64,000 nt of DNA from contig JBHGNT010000001.1 of the NCBI GenBank assembly GCA_043228905.1, positions 33,728,001-33,792,000 on the forward strand. The letters run 5' to 3'. The first letter of the stretch is position 1. Every line of letters starts with the position of its first letter. The notes beneath the pieces are model-generated. The model was not told the DNA's origin, did not search any database, and saw nothing but the letters and a program-made list of their open reading frames with translations. The position numbers and the translations under genes are program-made. Positions 1 to 13,000 of this stretch are shown one piece after another. The DNA is from Azolla caroliniana (lineage: Eukaryota; Plantae; Polypodiophyta).

Positions 1-3000
1 CCAGAAGGACAAAAACAGATTCCATTGGATGCCAATATTGGGATGAAAGCAGATGTCAGAAAGAATAGTTCAGATTTCAGCCAGAAAATGCAAAATGCAA
101 ATGGAGCTTTTCGGAATAATGCCCTTGAAGAACAAGAATCCTTATCCAAAATGGTAGTTGTATTTTGTGAACAACAACAGTTTTTTCTTCTTCTGAAGGG
201 CTTCGATGTGTTTATTCCTTCTTCTTCTTTGCTTCCATTTATTCGTTTTCTTCAGGTACAAAATCTCAACTAAAGTTTGCGTCAAACTTGTTAGTTTTGG
301 TAAACTTATAAGTGGGACTAAAAGTTACTAATCTATGAAACAGGCGTTCTCTCAAATGAGGCTCTCAGAAGCTTCCACTCACCTCGCATTGTTTTCTGCT
401 CGTGTAAAAGAAGATTACCACCAGGCTCACTATATTCCAAATAGAAGTGGCAAGACATCAACAGCAGCTTGGATAAGTGTGTCTGCAGTTACTGCAGCTG
501 ATACGATTCTAGCATCTTGTCCCTCTCCATATGAACAGCGTTGCCTTTTAGAACTTCTTTCCAGTGCAGATTTTGGAGATGGAGGTGCTGCTGCCACACG
601 TTTTCGTCGACTTTACCAAAAAATTCAGCTCGCTGAACCTGCTCTTCAAAAAGGTTTGAAGTCTATGGTGTATGGTGCCAACCTTGATGATGATGCATTG
701 TTGCTGGCATTAGAAAGTCAGGGGAAATGGGAACAAGCTCGTAGCTGGGCTCAACAGCTGGAACCTACTGGACGAAATGCTAAAGCAATGCATCATGTAA
801 CAGAAGCACAGGTTTGTGTAATGCCCTCTTTTGCTGGAGATCCATGGTTTAATGCATGAAAAGATCAGATACGTCAGGCTTCATTTTCATGCATATGCTC
901 CAATACTAATTTGAAATTTTTATTTACAATTGAAGATTTAACGTAGAATGAGTGAAATCTGAGGCCAAAACAATGTGATGTCATGACCCAATTTAGAATT
1001 GGGAATATAAGACCTATGAACTTGTGTTTTGGACGAAGTGTTATGATAATCGATGTTTGATATGCTACAGTATGAAATCCTAAGTTTGAAGAGGGAGTTT
1101 TGCATTGATACCTGCCACTTAAAGACATAGGATTGGAGGGGATATTTGTAGAGATTACATGGATCTCTATGTGTTATTAAGGACATGCATATCATAGACT
1201 CAAAAACAAATTCTTTATATGGTTTAAGAGCGTTAATAATGTTACCCTCTCAGAGGGATTCAGGGTTGATTCATACAATTTCAGGTTTCACTAGAATCCA
1301 ACCTTGTACGTGAGAACCCAACAACGTTTTGCAAAGGTCATCAACATGTGCCTAACAATGATCTTAATAGACATTGCACCGCCTACTACAAAAATAAGCT
1401 TGTACATGATAAGGATACCAGAGATGATCCTTACGTACTCATGTTATGTGCATAACCATAACTGATCATGAGATAGGTTTTCTGTAGCTTTCCCTAATCA
1501 TATGATGAGTACATGTGGGTTAATTCGGAAAGGAATGAGACTATGAATTGAATTACAATTCTACAATGTTAGATGACTATTATGTGTGTTATCACTTGAT
1601 TGCGTCACATGAAGTAGTCAAGTATGTGAACACTCTATGGGTCTAGGGTTTTTGCCTATCTAAGAAGGCCAACCACCTTCTTATCAAGGAAGATTGACCT
1701 ATGTCTAGACTATTTCAGTGTGGCTATTGCTCTTATTAGCTAAGCACAGGCACTCCTCACAGAACCCGAGGTATGACTTGCATCAACAGAATGATATGGG
1801 ACATAGAGGAGTTTTGGGTTAGTCTCATGCCATTGTTAGAGGGTGGTTGGGTTTGTCTCTTTAGTACTTCTGGATATAATGAAACATAATGATGCCATCG
1901 TGGCTTTACATTGTTACAGACTGTTAAATTCACCTGAGAAATGAGCAAAACTCATATTATTATGGGGAGCATTGATCATCCATTTTCTTGATATACAGCA
2001 TCGTGCTCTTTGCTGTATACTAGGACCACCCCTTAGCTCAAGTGGTACAGATCATAGGATTTGTTAGCTAGGGTTATTCAGCTCTTCTGTCTTGATTGCC
2101 ATGCTGAATCTTTTTGCTGGCAGCCCAGTGTGGCAGATAAATGCAAGATGGATTGGCATTTGCAGACCCCTGATATATGTCATTCCTTGCCTGGCATTTA
2201 CAAACATCATGGGTGAAATTGAAAACGTGATGTTTGTAATTCAATGTAAGTGGTAGTTTTAAAACGTGATGAAGTTTAGTATTTTTACCAATCAGCAAAT
2301 GTTTCTGTTTGTCTTAGACTGTAGTATAAGTTCAGCCTTTGCATGTCTGTTGAATTCAGAGATATTATGCTGCTTGCATTTTCCAGTTGACATTTTTTAA
2401 CCGAGTATTATGTGATGAACTGAGGTGCATATATCAGTTGGACATTAAAATTTCAATGTTTATATATTCTGCAGGCTCAAGCCATGGTGGCCGAGTGGCG
2501 GGAATATCTCTGGGATATACCTGAAGAACGAGTTGCATTATGGAAGCATTGCCATGAACTTTTTCTCAAGCATTCTCTACCATCGCTCCAGGTTCTTTAT
2601 GTGTGCTTGTATGCTTGTATAGAAATTCTTGTTGTATGAGTAGAAACGCTAAGAGGTCATATGATTGTGCACAATAGCAAAAAACCATGATTTTATGTAC
2701 TGTCTTTGTCTCATGATTATTTAAAAATTCTAGGTAAATAAAGCCTTCAAAATACAACATATTGGAATTATAAGTTCTCCAGTCTGGCCTGTGATACTTT
2801 ACACTGTGGTTTAATCCTGCTATAGAAACTTGTTGCATTTAAAACAATGTGTGCAGAATCGATGCCTCTTTCAAATTTTTTAATCAGGTAGTGTTTTTGT
2901 ATTATCAGGGTGGATTATTCTTCTTGAAACATGCAGATGAAGTTGAACGAGAAGTATCCCCATTAGAACTTCATGGAATTCTTTTGTTAGCTCTGCAGTG

Positions 3001-5816
3001 GCTAAGTGGCCAGATAACAAACACACCTCCGTATTATTCTTCTTTGACATATTCTTGTGTTCTCATTTATCTATATAGTTTTATATTCCTGTTCTCAGGC
3101 ATAAGGAAAGTAAAACTGTTTTAATAATACTAGTTTTTTATATTTATGTGATAGGAAATATCCTGTACATCGACTTTGTGAACTTGAAACAAGGATATGG
3201 CTTCTTGCTGTGGGGAAGTCAGAGGTGGAGACTCAAATCAAAAAGTCATCTTTTCCAAGTTGGATTGCAACAGGTTCCAGGCCTGAGCAGGATGATGATA
3301 GTGCAAGTGTCACCAGTCCTGAACCCATACACTATACTGCAAAGCTAGTTTCTCTCGTGGATAACCATCTGAGAAGCTCACAAGCTAGATCGAGTATCAT
3401 GCAATCAAGTACATCAACATATCATGAGCACAATTCAACTGGACTCCAAGAGCAAGAGATGGTGCCAAAGCATAAGAGAAGACCAAGGAATTATGTCCAG
3501 CATAAAAAGACACAGGTTGACAAGCCTACTAAATTGCAACTGGAACAAGAAGATATCAGTCAGGGAGGGTTAAGCCCGGTCCACTTGAGCAAAGTAAAAG
3601 GGAACTATGTACTTCAAGATGATGTAAAAGAGGACAGCATTCCAGGTGAAGAAAATACCTTTTGGGAAGAGCGTGTTGGTGAACAACAATTGGGACAGGC
3701 AGTCCTTTCCCTTTTAGAAGTAGGGCAGATGTCAGCTGCAAGACAACTTCAACAGAAGTTGGCTCCAACCAATGTGCCAATAGAATTGTTGCTTGTTGAA
3801 ACAGCTCTTGTAATTGCAGAACTGTCTACACCAACAGTTAAAGGCTGTATTACACCCACAATGATTCCTTCCCTTGTCGTTGAACATCTTCTGTCTTCAA
3901 GTTTGGTTGATGAAATTGCATCAGCTAGCCCACTAGAGGTATGTTTCCATAGTGCAAAGGCGTATGAGAACCAGGCATCTGGCATTTGTTTTTACTTGTT
4001 GCTGATTTCTGTCCTTAAGTAGGTTCTTGAGGTGATAGCAAAGGCTTGTCCCGAAGGTTGTGGTCGTGGAAGTTGTGAAAGGATTACAGCTGTTGCACGA
4101 ATTGCAGACTTCCTTGGTCTTTCGTTTGGTGATGCTTTTGAGAAGTCACCAGCACAACTTTTGCAGCTGTTGACCTTAAAAGCACAGGACTCATTTGCAG
4201 AGGCCAAGATGCTTGTTGAAACACATTCAATGCATGCTGCTAATATTGCAAGAATTCTTGCGGAGTCTTTTCTTAAGGTAGCTTTTTCTTTTTCTATCAT
4301 CTGCAATGATAAACTGTAGATAGAAGTTAAATCACCTGCTGCAAATATGATTATATGGAAATTCATGTTTTACAGGGTCTTTTAGCAGCCCATCGAGGGG
4401 GATTTATGGAGTCGGCTCCACCAGAGGAAGGGCCATCTCCTTTGCTTTGGAGGCCCTCTGATTTTCTTAAGTGGGCTGAACTGTGTAAATCTGAAGCTGA
4501 AATGGGGCATGCTCTCATGCACATCGTACTAAGTGGTCATGATGTTCCTAATATTTGTGAGGTACTTATCTTGGGTATGTAAAGCCCAAAAGGGTTCTAT
4601 TCTCCTAAATCCATTGTGATTGAAAGCACACTCTCCCTTTTCCAGGTAGAGCTACTTGTTTGTGCGTACGGATTTTACATGTCATCTTCTTGCCTTAGTG
4701 GCATAGATGTTCTATTGACATTAGCATCAACACGTGTCGAATCATATCTCTTTGAAGGGGATTTCATATCCCTTGCGCGACTAGTTACCGGCATCAATAA
4801 TTTCCAATCATTACACTTTATACTTGATATACTGGTAGAGAATGAGCAACTAGAGCTCCTGCTTCAGAAAAGAGCTGCTGTAGAAGCAGCAATGGAATCA
4901 TCAGCGTCTGTTCGTGGCTTCAGGATGGCAGTACTCTCAACTCTAAAGCATTTCAATCCTCATGATCTGGATGCTTTTGGAAAGGCTAGCCCCCAAAACT
5001 ACTAGCTTTTGAATATAAATCTTTTGAATCATATTGTCGCTGACATCCTAAGTTTACCTTATGTAGGTCTTCAAGCAGTTTGACATGAAACATGAAATGG
5101 CTGCTCTCGTAGAGTTGAGAGCTCGTGCAGGGGTGCAACAATTTGACAAAAATCGTGTATTGGAACTAAGTGACAAACTTCTAGAAATGATGCGTTATAA
5201 TGTGGAAGCTGCTGAGGTTTGGGCCAGTGTCGATGCTGGAAAGAAGGCAAGGTGGAATTGTGCTCAAGCATCATTAATCTCTCTTCAGATACGCATCCCC
5301 GAAGTGCAGTGGTTGAATCTCACTGAAACAAATGCTCGACGACTCTTTGTAGAGCAATCTCGATTTGAAGAGGCACTAGTAGTAGCAGAAGCTTATAATC
5401 TAAATCAGCCAAGTGAATGGGCACCTGTGATTTGGGATCATATGCAAAATCCAGGATGGATCGAACCATTTTTGGGTGAGTTTGTTGCTGCCTTACCTCT
5501 TCCAGCGAATATGCTCATGGAACTGGCTCGATTTTACAGAGCCGAGGTGACAGGCAGAAAACGAAATATAGACTTCTCTACATGGCTCAGTCCAGGGGGG
5601 CTGCCTCTGGAGTGGGCAAAGTACTTGGAAAAGTCTTTTAGATGCCTTCTGAAATATGTTTGTGATGTGAAATTAAGAGTTCAGCTGGCTACTCTTGCAA
5701 CTGGATTTCCAGATGTGCTCGAGATATGTATGCGAATTCTTGATAAGGTCCCTGAGACTGCGGGCCCATTGATTCTAATGAAGGCTCATGGTGGTGGCTA
5801 CCTTCCTCTCATGTAG
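1..5816 (+). CDS. SPG11: Spatacsin/SPG11-like protein, 3' portion (gene starts upstream of window)
   Basis: In-frame exons joined by splice sites: <1-255, 344-811, 2475-2591, 2909-3030, 3155-3938, 4023-4277, 4376-4561, 4646-4984, 5067-5816 (TAG). Peptides recalled as matching the plant spatacsin C-terminal family: AESFLKGLLAAHRGG, GPSPLLWRPSDFLKWAELC, FDMKHE, EQSRFEEALVVAEAYNLNQP, terminal GHGGGYLPLM-like motif. Confidence 0.85.
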
Positions 5817-8800
5817 TTCTCTGTATAATTTCCATGTATAGATTAGTTGCGAATTGCAACCAAGGTATATGTTTATAATAAGATTTATCTACCACTAAGT
5901 AGCATATTGTATTCACTAACTACTTAGTGCTATGAAGAGAATAAAGAATAGCAGAAGTAATGGTGATCCTCCACCACTATTACTCATTACCATAATCTGG
6001 AGTACACTGAAGAAAATAGGCATTTCTAGATTTATTTTCTCTTTCCAAAAATGATCGCAGAAAAGGGGAAAAAAATATTTGCCCAACTGTTAACGATTTT
6101 GATTTGTTTGATGAATGTATTTTTATTTAATTTAGCTTACACAATGTATTCCTGCATTTGTAAGGCAGGGTTGTAACCTAGTAAAAATCTTTACTCAAAT
6201 GGATGAAATGTATCATTTATTTGGATGCTTACCTACTGTTTTGGTAATATGTATCCTTGTTGCCTACTGACTCTTGTATACAGCTGCAAAGCTAAATCTC
6301 TTTTTGTAATATAAAACCCATATTTCTACTATGGTTTTTCAATTCATTTTCAGGGACCTTAAATTTTAGTGACTTTATCATAAAATGTTGGATTGCTTCT
6401 TCAAGAATTTCAGCAAGAACTAAACATGGATTGGCATGTAACTTTGCCAATCCAATTGTCAAAGTCATAATATGAGCCAAATTGTCTTTTTGTCTTGATT
6501 TGTAGGTATTGCCATTACCATTACTTGAAGGTTCACATTTCCAAGTAAGAAAAGAGTGTATTGTGTAGATTATCACTTCCAAAACCTGCATGTACATGTT
6601 GGATCACCATTGTTGGCGTTGAAAGTTGTAGTGTTAAGATTTAGCAACATCATTCAGGGCTTGGAAAATATAAGGACAACATTAGCATTAGTGTAGGGTT
6701 TCCATTTCCAAACATAAAACATGCACAAACACCATTGTATATGGCAATGGACCCTTGAGGAGAGTAAATGCTTTTCCATCATCATATTCCTATAAATACC
6801 TAGTGCTCTTGGTGAAATACAACAAGCTTAAGAGCAAGTTAAATAATCATAGAGAGTCAAAGTAGTGGCCTTGTTGGTTGGCAACCATATAGATTAGTAG
6901 TTTTAAATTTGGAAAACTTCCAAACAGTTATGACCGTAAACCAAAGTAGAAGACAAGTAGGCCTCATAGTTATACATGCCAAGGAGAGTAGCCCAATATA
7001 TCTTAGTTGTAATTCATGGAAGTAGTGCCTAATATTATTAGAGAATAGGGAAAGTTTGTATGTATTCACGAAGCACTAACATAATGATTCCCGTATGTAG
7101 TGTACAAGTCGAAGAAGATGAATTTGCAACTAAGACAGAGAATGTGGCATGTCACATAATTAGAAAAGTGGAATATGATTAAGCACGCGTAGTTAGAACA
7201 AGTTCGAGGTATGGCCATCCTCATTATAAGAAAAGGATAATAGAGAAGGAGAGGTGAAATATTGGTGTAAGTTATGATAACTATAGGTGGTCAGCATGAA
7301 TATCGTACCTACACGAAATTCCAGTCCCCTTTATTCCACTAGAATATTGTTTTTTGCCTAGCAAATTATATTCTAAGTGGACACAAATGTTGAGGTAAAA
7401 AATTTAACGTTTAATGATCTATTTAGATTATTAGGATGACCATATATTGTATGGAGAAGATATTGTTGCTCACAATAAGCATATGGCACTGGTATCAACA
7501 TTGAATATTCAACCAAGCAGGAGGTTCCTTGGAGATGAAGGAAGTTGCTTCTATATGAGTTTGGAGAATTGATGGTTAGCTCTTTCAAAAGTTAGGTGTG
7601 TTGATCAACTTGGTTAATTTGTTGTTTTCTTAGAGTTGTTAAAAAGGCACTCACTAATCGTGAGGGCTACAATAGCATGACTTGCATACATCTTCAGGAT
7701 GGGTATCAATGGCATGGAAATGATAAGTTAATTCTACAATGTTTTTAGTGGCATGACAATTCTCACTTGCACAATTCACTTGTGAAGGGGCAAGCCATGG
7801 TTACATTATCATCTACTTTGAGGATGAGTACTACAATTTAATCGTCCTTCTTGGAAAACCAGAGTGATCTTAGTTATCATTCACATTTGGTTCGTTTTCT
7901 TATTCACTAATTAGTGGCAAGATTTCCCCATATATCGAGGTTAAGTTTTGCTTTATGCAAGAACCACATTTGTTTATAGTCGGTTGTTAGAGGTGATTGT
8001 TTTGGTTTTTCTTAGGGTCCATGTTCCATTTGTCATATAATGCCATAGGAGACAAAAGATCAATGGAGTCTTTTTATATTTCTCTAAGTCGCGTGGATTT
8101 CTAAAGAATCAAGGATAGATATAGGGGGAAGGTATGAAGAAGAAGACACTTTGGAAGGAGTTCGAGATTGGAGTGCGAAAAGAGAATGGGGTCTTTTTAA
8201 TAGTTTTTTCTAAAAGGTAATGGTCACCTCTCATATCTTCTTTAGGTTTTCCAATCTTTTAGGCTTATTATACTATAAACATTTCAAGATATTAGCCGAT
8301 GCTCATTTTTATTAGCAAGTAGAATACAATTGCATAATTTACTTGTCATTTTCATATAAATGTTATAAAGTTTAAACACAAAAGTAGAGTGCCTTGAAGT
8401 TGCCTTTGTAAGAGAATTGGTTTCCCCTTTTCCTTTGCAACCGTTTTCTTTTCTTTCATTCCATAAGTGTTGGTGGTCACTTCACACTCACACACTTAAG
8501 ATACAGAGTCCACGGTCTCATTTCTACTATATAAGGTACATTGAAAGCTCCATATGTTAGGTGATCTATAAACCATAACCCACATTATCCTCTAGAATCC
8601 TAGCCTCTAATACCAATAAAACCATCATTATCATTTACACCCTAATTTTGTATATTTGATCAACATTGAAGATTTGTAGACATTGTTGAATTTGTCCTTT
8701 ATAGCAAGGTGCTAGTGTAACCACATAGGTTGTGACAATGGAGGCTCAACATTTTCTAATGTTGTTCTAGTTAGAGATTGATAAACATAATGAGAAATTG

Positions 8801-9875
8801 ATAAAAGAGAGAACAATTACAATTTTACCCCACAAGGAACTCTCCATGCTTTTTTCATCCACTATCCCACATCATTCCTCAATCCACATGCTACCCAAAT
8901 GCAACAAGGACATCTCGGTCATAGAAACCTCATTGAGAGGGCGGTATCATAGTTTTTGTGAAATAATATCAAAGCAAGCCACACGCACCATGTTCTAGCT
9001 TTCTGAATATCAAATAGATAGACATATTTCCCCATGCCATGGCATTTCCATAGATTTCATATATGGGAGTTAATATTGACCCCTAAGCACATGCTTAGCA
9101 TACGAATATCGTGAGACTACTACCTTAGTCCTCGCATTATTTCCCCATTGATGGAATATTTTCATTCTCAGAAACAAATAGAGGAATCTTTCCCATCTCT
9201 CCCAACTAGTTGTTGTTTTGTTAACATTCCACCACTTCATGAGGAACTTGCAATGAACACTACGACACATTTGTTTTGCGTGTACATAACATATACTATG
9301 GTTCATTCAGTAATGTATTTACTAACTCAATATATTCATTATCAAACCCTTGAGCTACATTGATTTGTGCCATAGTAAGGAGTATGCTTAACTAAAAAAC
9401 ATGTAGTCATGCATGAGACAATGGCTTCCTTTGAAAGCTTCCCATTTGCATCCAAGGCTTGGCACCGTTTTGAAACTTTGCCTTTTGCAACACATCCTCG
9501 ACTATCGTGTCATACATATGTGCTCTTTTAAAGTCTATGTACAAACACGAATGTCTTACGGGATGCTTGAGCTTCATATACTCAAAACCTCCTATGCATT
9601 TAAGATCAACATGTTAAAAAGTCTTATGATCCAATTCCAAAAAGAATCCAAATGCCATAAACGAGCCGATAAGACTAAAGAGTGTGCATCGGTTTCTCAT
9701 ATGTTATCGATTCACTAACGAGACCAACTAGTCATTCCGAGGTGTTCGGGGGTGTAACCCTCACAAGGGGCCATGGAAAATGAGAGCTCCCTTGTCTTTG
9801 TAAGGTTCGCGCTCGCCCATAGAGAAGTAGGGAAGCTTGAGGCCTTGCTAAGCCCTCACAAAACAAAGAAGATAA

Positions 9876-9930
9876 CATACATACATACATACATACATAC
9901 ATACTGATACATACATTATACATACATACA
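9876..9930. repeat. (TACA)n microsatellite, imperfect
   Basis: catacatacatac... run upstream of the PPR gene. Confidence 0.85.
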
Positions 9931-10015
9931 CATATGATATAGATAGTACAACAAAAACCCAAGGAAGGAGCAGGTATAAGCAGAAGGAGAGATCTTCGAA
10001 GAGGGGGATTGGGTC

Positions 10016-13000
10016 ATGGGGTCCTTGACATTCCCCTGTGTAGCCAGGGATCGTGGAGGGCCCTCCATGCTCGGAGAGAAACAGTGTAGTCTGTTTCTAA
10101 TGAAGGCAGTGACCACATCTCCGGCTCTCACCTTTGACATCGCCCAACTAGAAGAGAAGACGACGACGGAGCAGGGTATGAAGATGGAGAAGAGCCAAAG
10201 TGAGCTTTTCCTTGAGAAGGCATTTTCTGGAGAAGTATGGAGCAGAAGAAAGCTTGAAGAAAAGAGAGAGAAGGAATTGGATTATACGAGCTTATCTCAT
10301 CTGGGGCCAAATGTTGCTGGTGTGCAGGGTAGAAAGAAGGGTAACACTGAGCTTTTCTCACAACCGTCTCAGAATAAGGTCTTCCTTACATTAGAGGATG
10401 AGTACATGAGTATTTCCATGGACAAAAGACATGTTCTCTCACCATACCTCTTACCCAAACATAGTGATCGCTACAGTTTCACTGATGAATTGGATTCCTT
10501 TCCGACAAAGTGTGTTTGGGAATCTCAGGTCTTTATCTCTTTAGCTGGATTTTTTCTTAATCGGAGTAAAAATGTTTTTGAAACCCACCTTCATAGATAT
10601 TTTATAAAGAAACGTCATACTCACAGTTGGAAACAGTATGTAAGGTTGCAAGATCACTTAAAGTAAGATTGACATTAAACTAAGTATTAAAGAAGACTTA
10701 TACTGTATTATTGCTATTTTGTTAAGATGTTTATTGCATATGGTTCCGAAAAGAAAAAATTGTCTGTTGGTTTCTAAGAATAGGAGTTTGACTGCAGGAA
10801 TCATATTTAGGAGATCACATTGGCAACGCCCTTATTGAAGCTGATTTTCCTAATGCTCAAGCTGATACCAGGTAGAGAACATTGTTCATTTTTTTCCTTT
10901 CAAGGTTTGTTAGGCATTATCCACATCTGGAAACTTTCCTCTTTTTTATCTTTGTCTCAGTAGAGAAAGTGGTGATCATGAAGAGCAAGATATATATGAG
11001 GTCATGTATTGTCAAAAAGATGTTAATACTTTTGTCAACCTTCTTCAGAGATGTATCCAAAGGGACTTGGCAAAAGGAAAGGAACTTCAGCTTTTAATAG
11101 GGATCAATGGATTAGAGAACATTCCCTACCTTGCAGCATGTGTCATTCGCATGTTTTCTTCTTTTGATCTTCTCTCTGAAGCACAGCGAGTTTTTAAGAA
11201 GTTAAGTGAGCCAGATGTGTTCGCATGGAGTGCAATTATTGCAGCGCATGCAGGTTTGGGAGAGAATGAAGAAGCTCTTGCACTGTATTATGAAATGTGT
11301 GATTCATCTGTGGAGGCTGATGGACACGTATTTGTTGCTGCCCTTAAGGTGTGCTCGTCATTGGGGAGATTAGACGAGGGTAGGGTAATTCATTGTAGTA
11401 TCATTGAGAGTGGGCTAGAATCTGACGTATATGTGGGCAGTACAATCATCAGTATGTATTCAAATTGCAGATGTGTTTTAGATGCACTTGTGGTTTTCGA
11501 ACGACTACCTGAACGAAATATTGTGACTTGGAGTGCATTGATTAAAGGGTATTGCCAACAAAACTATGGTGAGGAGGCACTAGTAGTTTTCATGCGGATG
11601 CAAAAGGAAGGCATGGATCCAGATCGTGTAACTTATGTCACTATTTTAAAAGCTTGTACAAGTGTATCATTCGAGAAAGCAAAACAGATCCATGCAGAAA
11701 TTATTGGAAGGGGCTTTGAGTCAGATGAATGGATATGTAATGCCCTTGTTGACATGTATTCTCAGTATCATGATGCCAATGCTACAAGGATAATGTTTAA
11801 TAGGTTGCAAAAACAAGATATTGTTGCATGTAGTGCATTTGTTTCAGGATTTACACACTATAACCGTGGATGTGAAGCCATACAAGTCTATAAGGATATG
11901 CGACATGCTGGTATACAACCTGACTTAGTCATATTTGTGTGCATCTTAAAGGCATGCACTAGTACTGCAGTGTCAGATTATGGCAAGCATGTTCATGCTC
12001 ACATAATAGAGGATGGGCTTGAATCAAGGACTCCCATTGTCAGTGCACTGATTGATCTACATGCCAAATGTGGAAAGCTAGAAGATGCACTAGTGACATT
12101 TTCAAGAATGCCATCTGAGGATATTGCAGTTTGGAATGCGTTGATGACAGGGTACAGCCAACAGGGTTATGAGAAGGAAGTCTTTATTCTGTTTGATTTA
12201 TTGCAAGAAGAAGGTTTAGAACCAGATTCTATTACATTTGTGTCTGTTTTAAGAGCCTGTGATCATATGTCTTTAGAGTATGGTAGGAAAATTTATAGCT
12301 ACACAATCCAGAAAGGGCTGGAATCAGATGGTTATATCAGCAATGCTCTAGTTGACTTGTATGCTAAAGCTGGAAGCTTTGGAGAGGCACATGCCATTTT
12401 TGACCAGCATCCTAATCAGGATGTTGTAGGTTGGAGTTCCTTGATTGGGGGATATGTTCAACACAATCGCCATGAGGAGGCCCTCCATCTTTTCAAGGAA
12501 ATGCAAGAAAATGGTGTAAAGCTTGATCCAGTTGTTTTTGCGTGCATTCTCAAAGCTTGTTCGAGCATTGCTGAGCTGGATGAAGGAAGGTGTTTGCATG
12601 GAAACATTATCAATAATGGGTGGGAGAGAGATGACTTTCTTGGTAGCATACTGATTGAAATGTATTCCAAGTGTGGAAGCTTAGAGGATGCTTATACACT
12701 TTTCTATAAACTCGAAAGTTCATCCGTGGTGGCATGGAATGCAATGATTGCTGCCTATATTCAACATGATGATCCTCAAGCGGCGCTAAGGCTCTTCAAA
12801 GAAATGGAAGGAGCAAATGTTGATCGAAATCTTATAACGTTTGTTTGTTCTCTGAAGGCATGCTCCAACATAACAGCTTTAGGGAAAGGTCAACAGATTC
12901 ATCGTGATATTATTGACCGGGGTTTTGAAGTAGATGTTATTGCTGGTAGCACACTCATCAATATGTATGCTAAATGTGGGATTGTGGAGGATGCCTATCT

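Noticed and set aside
1567-1918. Possible solo LTR (TG...CA) in the long SPG11 intron
   Set aside because: No matching target-site duplication was found.
6250-9720. Short ORFs suggesting transposon-derived coding remnants (also 15000-16000, 33000-33780, 53500-54450, 62600-64000)
   Set aside because: No motif, TIR, LTR pair or TSD could be confidently recognised by eye; needs RepeatMasker/tBLASTx.
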